DNA of 64,000 nucleotides from Phoronis australis (GCA_002633005.1 NMRA01000078.1:252587-316586); one strand, 5' to 3'; shown: positions 24,201-35,711, counted from the stretch's first letter. The notes: generated by a model not told the origin, from the letters alone. Made by a program: numbers and translations.

Positions 24201-25694
24201 GCCCACATACCTTACGTTTTCTAGGGGAGTATCCCCGGGTGAGACTCTTTATGAATTCCCATTCACAGAAGTATAAACTCAAGCTTTATTATTTGAAAAC
24301 CGCTGGCCCGATAAAACAGTTGCAGTAGCAAATAGCATAAAGCTTGTTTGTAAACGTGTTGCAATGAATAGCTTTTGGCCTTTTTAGACAATGGTTACCG
24401 ACAACAAAGTGGTGAAACTTTTCTCAGTAGCTGGCAGTAGCCCAAAACAATCGCGCGCGAGTGGAGTACATGGTCCCCGGAAAGTTAAAGGGTGGATTAC
24501 AGTGAAGAATTGTCTATACACATGTACTGCTTAATATCGCTAAATAAATATTTGACAACAACTCGCCCGGCCAAGAAGAGCTGCATCCGATTTTTAAAAG
24601 GCTTCCGAGACACATCGAGGCTAAACCTACGACCTGGACGCAAAGCGACACAAAGCTAAGTCTTCCTCACGAGAACAGAGGCCCAGAGAATGTAGCCCAG
24701 AAAGAAGACGTCATCTCTGAACAAACCGAGTCGAAGAAACCCAAGACAGGACAAGTTACATACGACGGTGATCTGCACACAATGTTAAGTTTATGCAGCT
24801 TATTGTGATAGAGAGGGGTCATTTTGAAAGACTTGCTTTGACGGGGATGACGTCCGTTTGTTCTCACCGGCAGTGAAAATAATAGACGGTGAGTGAAAGG
24901 CGAATAAAAACAGTGATTATTTACATGGGAAATAACTATTTACAACAAATAGCGACATGCGCTTGGGGCATTACGGTCCACAAATCGGTGGATAACGGAT
25001 GGTCATTATTTGATGTGAAGACGAATATACACTGTGCACGAGACAGCGGATTCTGCTGTGGATTTCAGAAAACTACTCTCACCGATCCAAACCTACGTTG
25101 AGTTACCGCAACGAACGCAATTCCATGGGTTGGGGTTTGAAAGAGGGTAAAAGTGAAGACTTTATTCGTTTTTAAATATAAGATACTTGATACGCTGTGC
25201 AGTTGTTCAACGTATTATCATAACAGGCGCTAAACCGACCGGGCATAGCTGAAGGCAAAAGGGTGACTGGTAGAGGCGCAAATGAAAACATTGGAGCATT
25301 CAAGAGAGCGGTATATTACAGTTATATGGCGTCGAAATACAAAGAACAATGCCGGTGGCCCTTTCAGCCCGTTTTTTCAAGTGTTTATTTTTCTAGCAAG
25401 TCAACTTGATGTTCTACTAACCCAGTCAGATACTAGAACAAACACTGTTACGAGTCATGTGTCGAGAATTTACAAGAGACGGATCTATTTGGACCCACCA
25501 ACTAACGGGACACGCTAAGTAAAAGGCATTCGTCTGGAGAGAACGGATATTTCCGTGAGTCAATATTTAATATAAACAGTAAAGTACCCGCCGAATCAAC
25601 AAGTGGCCGGGTGCTTGTTTGACTGCCCCTAGGTATACAGGCTGTATACGACTCGCGGTTGGGCGAGTCCTAGCGAACAGTAGAACTGTTTGAC

Positions 25695-27302
25695 ATGGCA
25701 GTTCATTTTGCTAACCAAGGCAGTTCCACTTTCGGCGGCAGACGATACAGGAGCAGAGACTCCGAAAGAGCTTTTAACTCGTGGTTACGCACGACAAACA
25801 GAGACCGCGAAAACAACAATGGGGACACCTACAAAGAAGCGTTCATTCCTCGAGTGTCATTTCCGACGCCGGATTGCCTAAAGTGGTTATTTAGGAAATA
25901 CCAAAAACACACAGAGATTGACCCTCATCACGTGACGCTAGAGCAGTTGGCGAAACCGCACGACTGTAAAGAGCTCGGGTGCACAAGAGTTGTGATAAAT
26001 TGTAGTGGACATATCTTTGAAACTCAAGAACGAACCCTTAACAGATATCCAAACACTTTGATGGGAAACCCGAAGACAAGACGTAAATTTTGGGATGAAT
26101 ACAAGAAGTGTTATTTCCTTGACAGACACGCGCCGACGTTCGAAGCTGTGTTGTTCTATTACCAGAGCGGTGGACGCTTGAACCAACCCAAAGAAGTTCC
26201 AGACGACATATTTCTGAAGGAACTCGACTTCTACAAGTTGGGTTTAGAGACTGTAAACGAGTTCCGCGTGAGGTCCGGTTACATTCCGGAAGACAACATT
26301 GTCCTTCCTGAAGGAGAAACAAAGCGGAAAATATGGACAGCGTTTGAGCATCCAAACTCGTCTTGGTTGGCAATGGCGATAACAATTGTGAGCATCGCTA
26401 CTATACTGACGTCCATTCTCAGCCTGTGTTTAGAGACGCTACCTGACCTCAACCCCGGCCACAATAACAACTGCATCGCCATCGCCGGCGGCAGCGTGTA
26501 CTACTTCGAGAACCCGTTCTTCATCATCGAGTCTATCTGCGTGTCGTGGTTTGTCATCGAACTTTGCCTCCGGTTCGCCTCATGCCCAGACAAGGTACAG
26601 TTCGTAAAAAGCGTCATGAACGTGTTCGATGCGTTAGCCATAGCTCCGTTCATCGTGGGACTCCTCATCATTCTCGCAAACTCGGACTGCGACAGCGAAA
26701 GGAAAGACGTATCGTTCGCCTTCCTGCGCGTGCTGCGGCTGCTACGAGTGTTCAGAGTGTTCCGATTGTCAAAGCATTCCACTGGACTCAAGATATTGAT
26801 CTTGACCATCGAGAGGAGTCGACGAGAGATAGTTCTCTTTTTCTTTTTCCTCTCTGTCTGCGTCATTCTGTTTGCCGGCGCCATCTATTACGCCGAGGTG
26901 CATTATATGGACACCAAAATTATCAGCATTCCCGAAGGATTCTGGTGGACTATCATCACCATGACAACCGTTGGCTATGGCGACGTGTATCCAACAACGT
27001 TGATTGGGAAGTTGATTGGTTCCATGTGCGTTATCGCAGGAGTGCTGACAGTGGCGCTCCTAGTGCCCATAGTGGTGACAAACTTCAATAACTTTTACAT
27101 TCACCAGTCCGAGAAGGCCATGGTGAGTTCTCGACGAGAGAAGAACTACGCGGAGATAAGACATGAGAAAAAACGCATATACAAGTGGGCCTTTGAACAA
27201 CAAAACACACCACGAGACAGTGAGCCCAGGTCCTCCAACATATCACCAAGGGAGACAAGTCCAAGAGTCTCTGAGGGATTAATCAGAGATAATGGGGTTT
27301 AA
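25695..27302 (+). CDS. Voltage-gated potassium channel alpha subunit, diverged Shaker/Kv1 (KCNA)-like, intronless, 535 aa
   Basis: Single ORF. T1 domain RVVINCSG..FETQ..TL..YP.TL.G..YFLDR..FEAVLFYYQSGGRL; S1-S6; S4 LRVLRLLRVFRVFRLSKHSTGL; pore FWWTIITMTTVGYGD (26961-26984 = MTTVGYGD); S6 GVLTVALLVPIVVTNFNNFY; AATAAA at 27391. Confidence 0.95.
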   Translation: MAVHFANQGSSTFGGRRYRSRDSERAFNSWLRTTNRDRENNNGDTYKEAFIPRVSFPTPDCLKWLFRKYQKHTEIDPHHVTLEQLAKPHDCKELGCTRVVINCSGHIFETQERTLNRYPNTLMGNPKTRRKFWDEYKKCYFLDRHAPTFEAVLFYYQSGGRLNQPKEVPDDIFLKELDFYKLGLETVNEFRVRSGYIPEDNIVLPEGETKRKIWTAFEHPNSSWLAMAITIVSIATILTSILSLCLETLPDLNPGHNNNCIAIAGGSVYYFENPFFIIESICVSWFVIELCLRFASCPDKVQFVKSVMNVFDALAIAPFIVGLLIILANSDCDSERKDVSFAFLRVLRLLRVFRVFRLSKHSTGLKILILTIERSRREIVLFFFFLSVCVILFAGAIYYAEVHYMDTKIISIPEGFWWTIITMTTVGYGDVYPTTLIGKLIGSMCVIAGVLTVALLVPIVVTNFNNFYIHQSEKAMVSSRREKNYAEIRHEKKRIYKWAFEQQNTPRDSEPRSSNISPRETSPRVSEGLIRDNGV

Positions 27303-27439
27303 TGGCAACACAACCGTTTTTGGTGTAAGGTTTACTAAAAATACAGATCTTGGTTGTCTATGAAATACTTTTTCTGTGTTAATTACGGTTAATAAAATTT
27401 ATCAAAACAGGAAGTGTCCAGTAACTTCTGCTAATATAA

Positions 27440-29191
27440 AACAAGAGCAACGCGGAGCACTGAAATGCGCCCACCAATGTATCGCAAATGGTGTGCTTTT
27501 AGGGTTATTTATTTGTATCATAAAAATGGCCACTAGATGGCGCAAAAATGTACAATCCATCCAAAAATGGGAACATGCCATATGTCATAAAAATCTGTCA
27601 AAGAACTTCAGAGAAACAAAGGAAAACAGAACAAAATGAAATTGCCACTAGTGGGCACAGCGTCCTGTTCATCCGCCTGAAAGTCATCGTCTGTTATCTT
27701 CATATGAATTCACTTACTAAATTTAATAAAGATCCTGCAGTGGGTTTTGGAGATGCTGCTACGGGTGCAAAACAAAACATAACTACCACTAGGAGGCGCC
27801 ACAGTAGTCACTCACCATCATCAAACGTCCTCTTCACACTGAAATCATGTACGTTAATTTTCAAAACCATCCCTGGAATGATTTGGTTGATCGAGGGGTG
27901 GACGCCAAACACAAGATTTGAAAACACCAAAAATGGCCACCAGGTGTTGCAAAATACCTTAATTCCATCCAAAAACAGGATGATAGCGTCATCTCACCAA
28001 TAGATGCCTCTATTCAAAATTTTATGAAAATCTCTTGAGGACCTTTGAAGATACAGACTGGTAAACGTAAAAAACTAAAATTGCCACTAGGGGGCACACC
28101 AAAAGTCAGATCCATCTGAATGTCGTCGTCGTCCATTGTCAATATCATGTAAATACACTTGCTAATTTAAGTAAAGATCCTGCAAACGGTTTAATAGATA
28201 CAGCCATGAGCGCAAAAAAAATGAAACCGCCACTAGGAGGCGGCAAAGTAGTTGAACTCATCGGAAAATCGTCGTCAGCCGTCCACTTCATAGTAAAAAC
28301 ATACGTGCCAATTTTCACAATTATCCTGAAAGCGGTTTGGTTGATAGACGAGTGGACGCCGAAAAACAGACTCGCAAACAGTGAAAATGGCCACTAAGTG
28401 GCGCAAACTAAGTCGAATCCATCTGAAAACGGAGAGATAGTGTCACCTCATTAACAGATGCCTATATGCCAAATTTTATGAAAATACATAGAGGACCTTT
28501 GAACATACAGAGGTAAACGTAAAAAAATAAAATTGCCACAGTGGCAATTTTATTTTTTTACGTTTAACTCTGTATGTTTACACCAGTAGTCAGATCCGTC
28601 TGAAAGTCGTCCTCTGTTGTTAACATCATAGAAATACACTTACTAAATTTAGTAAAGATCCTGCAAACGGTTTAGGGGATACAGCCATAGGTGCTAAAAA
28701 ACAAAACTGCCACTAGGAGGCGTCACAGTAGTCAAAATCGTCGGAAAATCATCGTCAGCCGTCCACTTTATAGTAAGAACATACATGCCAATTTTCACAA
28801 TCATCCTTTGAGCGGTTTGGTTGATAGAGGGGTGGATGCAAAAAAACAGACTCACAAACAATAAAATTGGCCACTAGGTGGTGCAAACCACATCAAATCC
28901 ATCTGAAAACGGGAGGATAGCGTCATCTCACTCATAAGTGCCCCTATACTAAATTTTATGAATATCCGTTCAGGACTTTTGAAGATACAGAGGTAAATGT
29001 AAAAAAACTAAAATTGCCACTAGGGAACACACTGGTAGTCGGATCCGTCCGAAAGTTCGCTCATGCTGTCCCATCTACAAAAGGAACACGTGCAAAATTT
29101 CATGAACATACGTTTTGGAGATAGAGCAGCAGACGCCGGACGGAGATGACAGCATAATGCGTCCACATATAAATATGTGGGCGCATAAAAA
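27440..29191. mobile_element. Non-autonomous Helentron/DINE-1-like element (HINE) with internal satellite
   Basis: Starts AACAAGAG and ends GCATAAAAA in an A/T run; sub-terminal inverted repeat atgcgcccac (27465-27474) vs gtgggcgcat (29177-29186); terminal hairpin 29157-29186; cggacgga near the right end; internal tandem array. Confidence 0.65.
27520..29110. repeat. Tandem array of ~150-bp subunits organised as a 3-mer higher-order unit (~407-480 bp, about 3.5 copies)
   Basis: Marker tggccac recurs at ~27527, 27934, 28388 and 28868; aaagatcctgca, ggtttggttgat(a/c)ga and aatccatc(c/t) recur once per higher-order unit. Confidence 0.85.
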
Positions 29192-30477
29192 TGAAATGGT
29201 AAATCGGTCAAAAGCAGGGGGCCACGATCATGAACAAAGGTGGGTCTAAAAAATGAACACCAGGTGGTGCTTTGTAGCGATACAAAAGTGGATGGGCAGG
29301 GGGGCCCAGACCTCTGCACACCCCGAGTCCGCACCTGCTTCAGAAAATGCCAAGAATACCTCCACGGTACCCTTTTTCAAGAATGGCTAGCTTCAAATAT
29401 TACAGAAATTTTGTTGCACCAGTTAAGCTTTTAACAAGCAAAAATCAGTTTAATGTTTTAAAGCACAATACAGAATAGCTAAGCAGCAATTAAGAGAGCA
29501 GTACTTTTTTCTCCTCACAAAAATTCAATTCCTCAGATGTGAACATTACGCAGAAGGGACTCTAACACAAGTTGATTTTGCAGGAAAGCAATATAGGTTT
29601 GATCTGTAAATGGGTTTATTATCAAGTCAACAATAACCAAAAAAATCTCCAGTTTAGGACAGCGAAAATTAATTATTAAGCTCAAGGTCGGAGTTTGTAC
29701 TAAATTTTAGAAATAGGCAGTCTTGGCTGTTCCAAATTAAAGAATTCCGATCAACAAAAAATGGTCACTCACCTCGGCATTGTACACTAAGGCACTCATG
29801 AAAACATTATGTCAGTGGCTGTCTTAAACGATTTTAACAACTGCCAAGCCAAGTATATTTTCAGACTGTTGATTTGAAGCCCAATGACTGATATTTTAGA
29901 AATACGATAAACGCCAAAATCGCCCATGTCTCAATGTTCAGAATATAGGAAATTCAATTTTGGCTTGAATTTTCTGTAACCCAAATTTTTTAAAAAGACT
30001 GTGTCCCAATCTCGAGAAGTTTTACTGTACACTCCTTTCAACTGATATTTTCATAACCAACCTTGTTTATGTTTATCATAAATATGTTTATCGATTCAGG
30101 CCAAATCAGACTGTATGCAAACAATCTCTTTTGCGGTGTTTACTTCACACAAAGACGATGCACTGTTCCTGCCTTGAATGACAACCCAAATTCAACACAC
30201 ACACACACAACCCTAGAGCTGAAAAATGAAACTTACATCTACTGCTTGCTTTTTGCAAAATGTGTTAAAATTATTACATTATTTTAAGTTATAAATTTGA
30301 TGAAATCGTCTCAGTGGAATGCCTGATTTTCTGAAAATTAATGTACCAAAACACCATATTCTGATTTGTGTGAACTACGTCGGAGTACTTTTGTTCATTC
30401 CATGACATGCCACCAGGTGTCGTGTCATAGTATGTAAACACTTACTCACCTACATGTGAACTTTAAACATTTAAAGA

Positions 30478-30478
<1 letters not shown>

Positions 30479-30536
<58 letters not shown>

Positions 30537-30540
30537 TGTG
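30479..30540. repeat. (TG)n microsatellite, ~28 perfect units
   Basis: Read directly from the sequence. Confidence 0.95.
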
Positions 30541-30850
30541 TTCTGGACAATGAAAGCAACATGTTTGAAAGAATTTTAAATTAAATACCAGTTAAAAAGT
30601 ACGACAGCACCTAAGCAATTATAACATCAACCAGCGCACATGTACTTAAAATGAACACTGAAAACCGCTCTGACTATCACATCAACTCACTAAGTCCAGC
30701 ATTGTGTACAAGATAAAGGAAAAAATGAAGTTGCCTCCTAACATGATCAAAGGAGGAAGAGGCTGGAGGTATGTCTCACGGTCTAATTGCACCTACAGTG
30801 CACAGTGTCTGTTCTAATAAAGGGACATATTATTCACTAATCGAACTCCA

Positions 30851-30953
30851 CCTGCCTCCACTGTCCTCTACTGGCCTCCACTCTCCTCTACTGGCCTTCA
30901 CTGTCCGCTACTGGCCTTCACTGGCCTCCACTGTCCTTCACTGGCCTCCACTG
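30851..30953. repeat. 10-bp minisatellite (CTGKCCTYCA-like), ~10 copies, directly after the ANKRD16 stop codon
   Basis: ctgtcctcta ctggcctcca ctctcctcta ctggccttca ... Confidence 0.85.
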
Positions 30954-31051
30954 TTACCTATCATCATCAGTAGCTACACGCCCTCTGTGGTCACTTCTGG
31001 ACAATAACCTTACACAGTCAGCGTGCCCGTTCGCCAATGCCACGTCTAGCG
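30954..31051 (-). CDS. ANKRD16: ANKRD16 exon 6 (ALDVALANGHADCVRLLSRSDHRGRVATDDDR*)
   Basis: Minus-strand acceptor atttttcag; TAA at 30956-30954. Confidence 0.75.
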
Positions 31052-34000
31052 CTGAAAAATCAACATCAGCCATGATATCCTCCCAAGAAACATAACAGTA
31101 AAATTTCGTGAAAAGCCTTTTTAACAAACCTGGTAGATATTAAGGCTGGTGTAAAAAACTGCAGTACTCAAATCCTGTTGAAAATCAGCCCCAGTCACGA
31201 CCTTGTGAATAGGAACATATCCCTCAAATTTCTTAGCTATCGTTCAAACCGTTTAACAGATAGAGAATCAGATGCAAAAAAGAACACTAAAATGGTAAAA
31301 CTGACACCAGGGGGCGCACATCATGATGAAAATTAGTGAGTGACAATCAACCCGGATTCTGCCTGAAAATTCTAAATTTTGATTTAACAATTACCGCAAT
31401 AAAATTCATCTCAAACTGATCCACAAGAAGGCATTTTTCATCGTGTAAAGATCTGCAGTTCGTTACTGCTAGGCACTTGGCACAATGAGTTGGTTTTATG
31501 CACCAAGCCAGGTCTCAAGCAGTATCAAATTGTAAAGCCTGCCAAAATACAAGAAACACTTTTAATCTGAGTAAGGAGCAAGTTGAGACCACTTTCATAA
31601 TGGTAAGTTAATACAATCAAAATTTAAGGCTATACAAGAAGGCAGGTTCACATCTCACATGCATGTTTACCTGAGCGGCCATGTTGGTCTGTCAGAGTCA
31701 CGTCAGCACCAAGTGTTAGGAGGCGCTCAACCATGGCAGTATGTCCCTCCTGCGAACAACAAACAGTTAAGAATTATTAACATTAAAATATTTTATCATT
31801 TGTAAGAAACTGCAAAAATAATTGAAAGTATGATTAAAAATTTTCCTTTAAAGAATGTTGGCTTTAGGACAGCTTTCAGTTATGAACAGGACAGGCTTGC
31901 CTTGTATTCAGGTGCATGCTTAAGAATTGTATTTTAGCTCTTCATACAGAATGTTTCACAGCCATTTGCTCCTAGTCTCCTAATTGGCATAATGTAAGGT
32001 CAGGTGTTACCCAGGAAATGAGAACAGCAACAAAGGCATTTAACAAAAGTGAAAGAAGGTATACTGGCCAACTGCATATCAACAGTTGATTTTCAGACTG
32101 GACACAATTCCTCTCTCACGTTCCATGCGGGCACTAATTTAACAATGTATTTGTTTTCTTATTAAATTAGTTCTTTTTATTCAGACAAGGGGATCGAGGG
32201 ATTGGTGGTGCCCGATGGGAAATTTCCCTTCAACCGAAAATTGCAATCGCAGAAGGCACAGGCACCTTTCCGCTCAGGTGAGCGAGGGCCCTGTATTCAC
32301 CTTAGCAGCCAGATGCAGAGGTGTCAGGCCAGCGCTGGTCTGTTCGTCAATATTCGCATGATACTCTTCCACTAATAGACACAGACTGTCGATGCTGCCA
32401 GCTTCAGAAACAACGTGAACACAATGGCGACCCCTGGTGTCAGTCTGATGTAGGCTTGCCTGAATTTAAGGAGAGTTCAAATATTACCAGTGTTATCAAC
32501 AAAGAACATCACTTATGTAAACTGTACTGTCAAATCAGAAACTTGACTATGAACATCTGGTCAGCCCAGACGGCTACCAGAGCTCTAAATGACTACAGTT
32601 TAGGGTTGAATATCAGTCCCAAAACCACTTTAAAACTATTTAAAATCATGTGAAATTCCCAGTCAGGTAAATTCCTCTCCAATGAATAAAATCTCATCGC
32701 GGCTAAAATCACTTTTAATTCTCACAGACCCTTCGTTTCAAAAAAAATTTCTTAAGTGCGAAAATCTACACGTCACGCTCATGCTTGACCAGTGTTTACA
32801 GCAGTCACACAACATGATCCAATCAGTATCTTGGTCATGGTCACATGACTAGCCCTGACATTTGCTACAAGTTCAATTAGCAACAACTTAACAACAACTA
32901 CACACCAACTCCTCCTAGTGATACTCACACCTTGTCCAATCAAAAATCTGGCCACAGTCACATGACCTGACCTCAGTGCATCCATCAATGAAGACCCTCC
33001 ACAGCTATCCTGGGCATCCAATCTGCAGCCACATTGGTTAACTAGGACCTTGACAACATCCAGCTTGCCATGTAAAGCTAAAAAGAAGGATAACCAGGAA
33101 ATTAAGACGATTTTTAGCACACCGATACAACTACTGTTGAAATGATTGAAACGAGGACACCTAGGTACGGTAACGTGTCCTCAAATTCAAACAAAAATAA
33201 TTGACAAAATTGTCATTTTGCAGTTTTCAAAAGCTCATTGCATGACTAAAATGTCCAAATTTTCATTGAATGTGTGTTCCCTGTTGACAGCTGTATAATG
33301 TAAACTGTGCAAATGGCAAACTAAATTTTCTTCCTGTTTATTTTTCTTGAAATCTTTTACAACCTAGTTTCACTGTTCCACCATTTTGTGTTTTAAATTA
33401 AAGAATTTTTACCATACTCGGCACTAACTGCCTATTTTCTCCTGGAGCAGATCGCACAAGTTATACGCTGGATGGCATTGATGACCTCAAACTAGAGCGC
33501 ATCAGGTTGCCATAGTTGAAAAAGACTTCTGACGTCATGAAACAATCAAACTTATCCGGTGAATAAATTTTATAATTTCATGCAACTCAGCACTGCTGTA
33601 GGAATACAGTGCACAAAAATCATAACGCATTCCAAAATAATATGAGATTTTCAAAAAGTCTCAAAATTTTTTTTCGCTCAATTCAGTTGAAAGTGCGATA
33701 CCTTTTAGTTGTGATTTCATTTTAATAGTTACTTTGGTAAAATGAGTTTTTAATTAGATGTAATTAACGTTCAAAAACTCATGTTCCATGTGACAAATTG
33801 CATTTCTCACATGGAACATAACATTCTCACATGTGACATTTGAATGTTCCATGTGAGTTTTTTTCAGTTGTGCCATGTTACAATACAAATGGTACGTGGC
33901 CTAAACCGTACAGTTGTGCCAATGGTTTTTCATACCAAAAAAGTATTGGAACAGAATATTATGTACAGGAATTTCTGACACCTGATTCTAGAATGCAAAA

Positions 34001-35711
34001 CAGATAAATAACAAACAAGATAAATTACTATTAGCCTGTATCAAACCTGCAGTATGTAGCACTGTCCGTCCATTCTTACTGACAGAGTGTGCTAGGAGCG
34101 AGTCGTGATGTAGCAAACACTGCACAATCGACATGTTGCCTTGCCTGCACGCTAAGTGCAAGCTATTCCATCCATCTTTGTTGCACAAGGAGGGGTCAGC
34201 ACCATAGGAAATGAGGTCACGGACAATGTCAAGGTCATCCTTACAACAGGCCAGCATCAGAGGTGTCCTGGGGAGAAGTTTGATTGATTGATCAATTGAT
34301 TGACAGCATCATCACAATATAGCTACCAAAAAAACCAGATAAGTGTACCACTATTTCACAAAAAATAGCATTAAAAACATCGGCACTCACTATGGACAAC
34401 CCTAGACATGGTTTTTGAGCATTTTTATCAAAGTTTTGTTAGAGAAAATTTGGTGAATGCTGGTGAGAGGACTTCTTCCCTATCAATGTATCTTTCAAAA
34501 AATGACATTTTGCCAAAAACGCACGGTCACATGACCACAAGAATGGTACAGTGTTGTGAATAACATGATTAGACTTGTCTCGATTCCAAGTTTCATAAAA
34601 TAATTATCTACCTTTTGTGAATTGACAGTCGCTAGTTACTTTAGATATTTCAAGAAGACAACATTTTAATTAAGGGTACACATAACCTTAAGGATACCAA
34701 AGCATAACAGATGTTTGAGAGTTTGGGTTAATACAACAGGATAAGTCAGACATGTACACAGTGATACTTCTAATACAGAACAGCAGTGCTGTACTGGTAA
34801 AATTAGAGGCAAGAAGGTGCCCAGCTCACTGCATCGCCTTGAGCACTGAATGGAACTTATGATGCATAGACGCTACGTTCAAACACCAAAAGGTGGTTGG
34901 CTGCACCTACGTGCGCCTACACCCCACTACAGCACTGCAGAACAGTCTATACCTTACTACTCTTAATCTTCAGTACTGTGGAGCTTCCTCAAATTCAAAA
35001 AAAATAATGGCCAATATGGTAATTTTTCATTTTCAAACGCTCACTGCATTGCCAAAAATGTTCAAAATTTCATCTCGTTTTTCATAACGATTCATTTTTC
35101 CTTTTTTTTCAGGCAGATTGCACCAAGCTCAGCAAGTGCATTGTAGCACTTGTACTGTAAGTTCCAGGGTTCAGAGCCAGTGAAAGAGGCCATTTTGCAA
35201 TGAAAGTCACACAAAGGTATGAAACCAAGTCTCCCTGACTTTTTGCTATATCCCACATGCATGTAACGAGTAAAAAAAGCTGACTCCAATCTGGGTATTA
35301 GCACAAAGGAAAATTATGGTTCCACAGTCCAACCCTCAGTTTGAGTCCTTGTTTGCATGTTTACACCAAGAGAACTCAACACAATATTTCAGATTCTTAC
35401 CAGTCAGCTCTCTTCAGACTGTCCACTTTCACGCCAGCACTAAGCAAGAACTGTACGCAGCCCGCATGTCCACTCTGAGAAGCCTCGTGCAGGGGGCGCT
35501 TACCATCAAAGTTCGACAACTCAAAGTTCACACCGACGTCTTGAAAGTACTTAAGGAACTCCACATGCCCAAACCTTGCAGCAACATGGCTGACAGTGTC
35601 CTTAGATTTGTTGGTGATCAACATCCATTCTTGATTAGCATAACGTTCCAAGATATGCCCTTGAAACTTGTCAAAGTTGCCCTGCCGCACGAGTTTTAAA
35701 ACCTCCTCCAT
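30954..35711 (-). CDS. ANKRD16: Ankyrin repeat domain-containing protein 16, complete, 338 aa
   Basis: complement(join(30954..31051,31671..31749,32301..32459,32929..33077,34047..34267,35401..35711)) = 1017 nt with consistent phases. KRPLHEA, VDSLKRADWTPLMLAC, NKDGWNSLHLACRQG, SKNGRTVLHTAALHG, DSCG..LMDALRSGH and TPLHLAAKEGHT match ANKRD16 as recalled; in-frame stop upstream of ATG 35711. Confidence 0.9.
31671..31749 (-). CDS. ANKRD16: ANKRD16 exon 5 (EGHTAMVERLLTLGADVTLTDQHGRS)
   Basis: Acceptor gttcgcag; donor gtaaac. Confidence 0.9.
32301..32459 (-). CDS. ANKRD16: ANKRD16 exon 4
   Basis: Acceptor aattcag; donor gtgaat; ...NIDEQTSAGLTPLHLAAK. Confidence 0.9.
32929..33077 (-). CDS. ANKRD16: ANKRD16 exon 3
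   Basis: Acceptor ctttttag; donor gtgagt; ALHGKLDVVKVLV...DSCGGSSLMDALRSGH. Confidence 0.9.
34047..34267 (-). CDS. ANKRD16: ANKRD16 exon 2
   Basis: Acceptor ctccccag; donor gtttga; TPLMLACCK...NKDGWNSLHLAC...GRTVLHTA. Confidence 0.9.
34784..34937. mobile_element. hAT-like MITE with perfect 8-bp TSD in ANKRD16 intron 1
   Basis: TIR cagtgctgtactgg / ccactacagcactg; TSD CAGAACAG at 34776-34783 and 34938-34945; second copy at 17035-17176. Confidence 0.85.
35401..35711 (-). CDS. ANKRD16: ANKRD16 first coding exon
   Basis: ATG 35711; donor gtaaga at 35400; HVAARFGH, GKRPLHEASQSGH, VDSLKRADW. Confidence 0.9.

Noticed and set aside
25938-27091. Antisense and alternative-frame ORFs over the Kv gene (67-181 aa)
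   Set aside because: Shadows of the codon-biased Kv CDS with no recognisable motifs
27376-29334. ORFs of 63-151 aa in the tandem array
   Set aside because: Frames are not kept between repeat units and there are no Rep/helicase or other domain motifs
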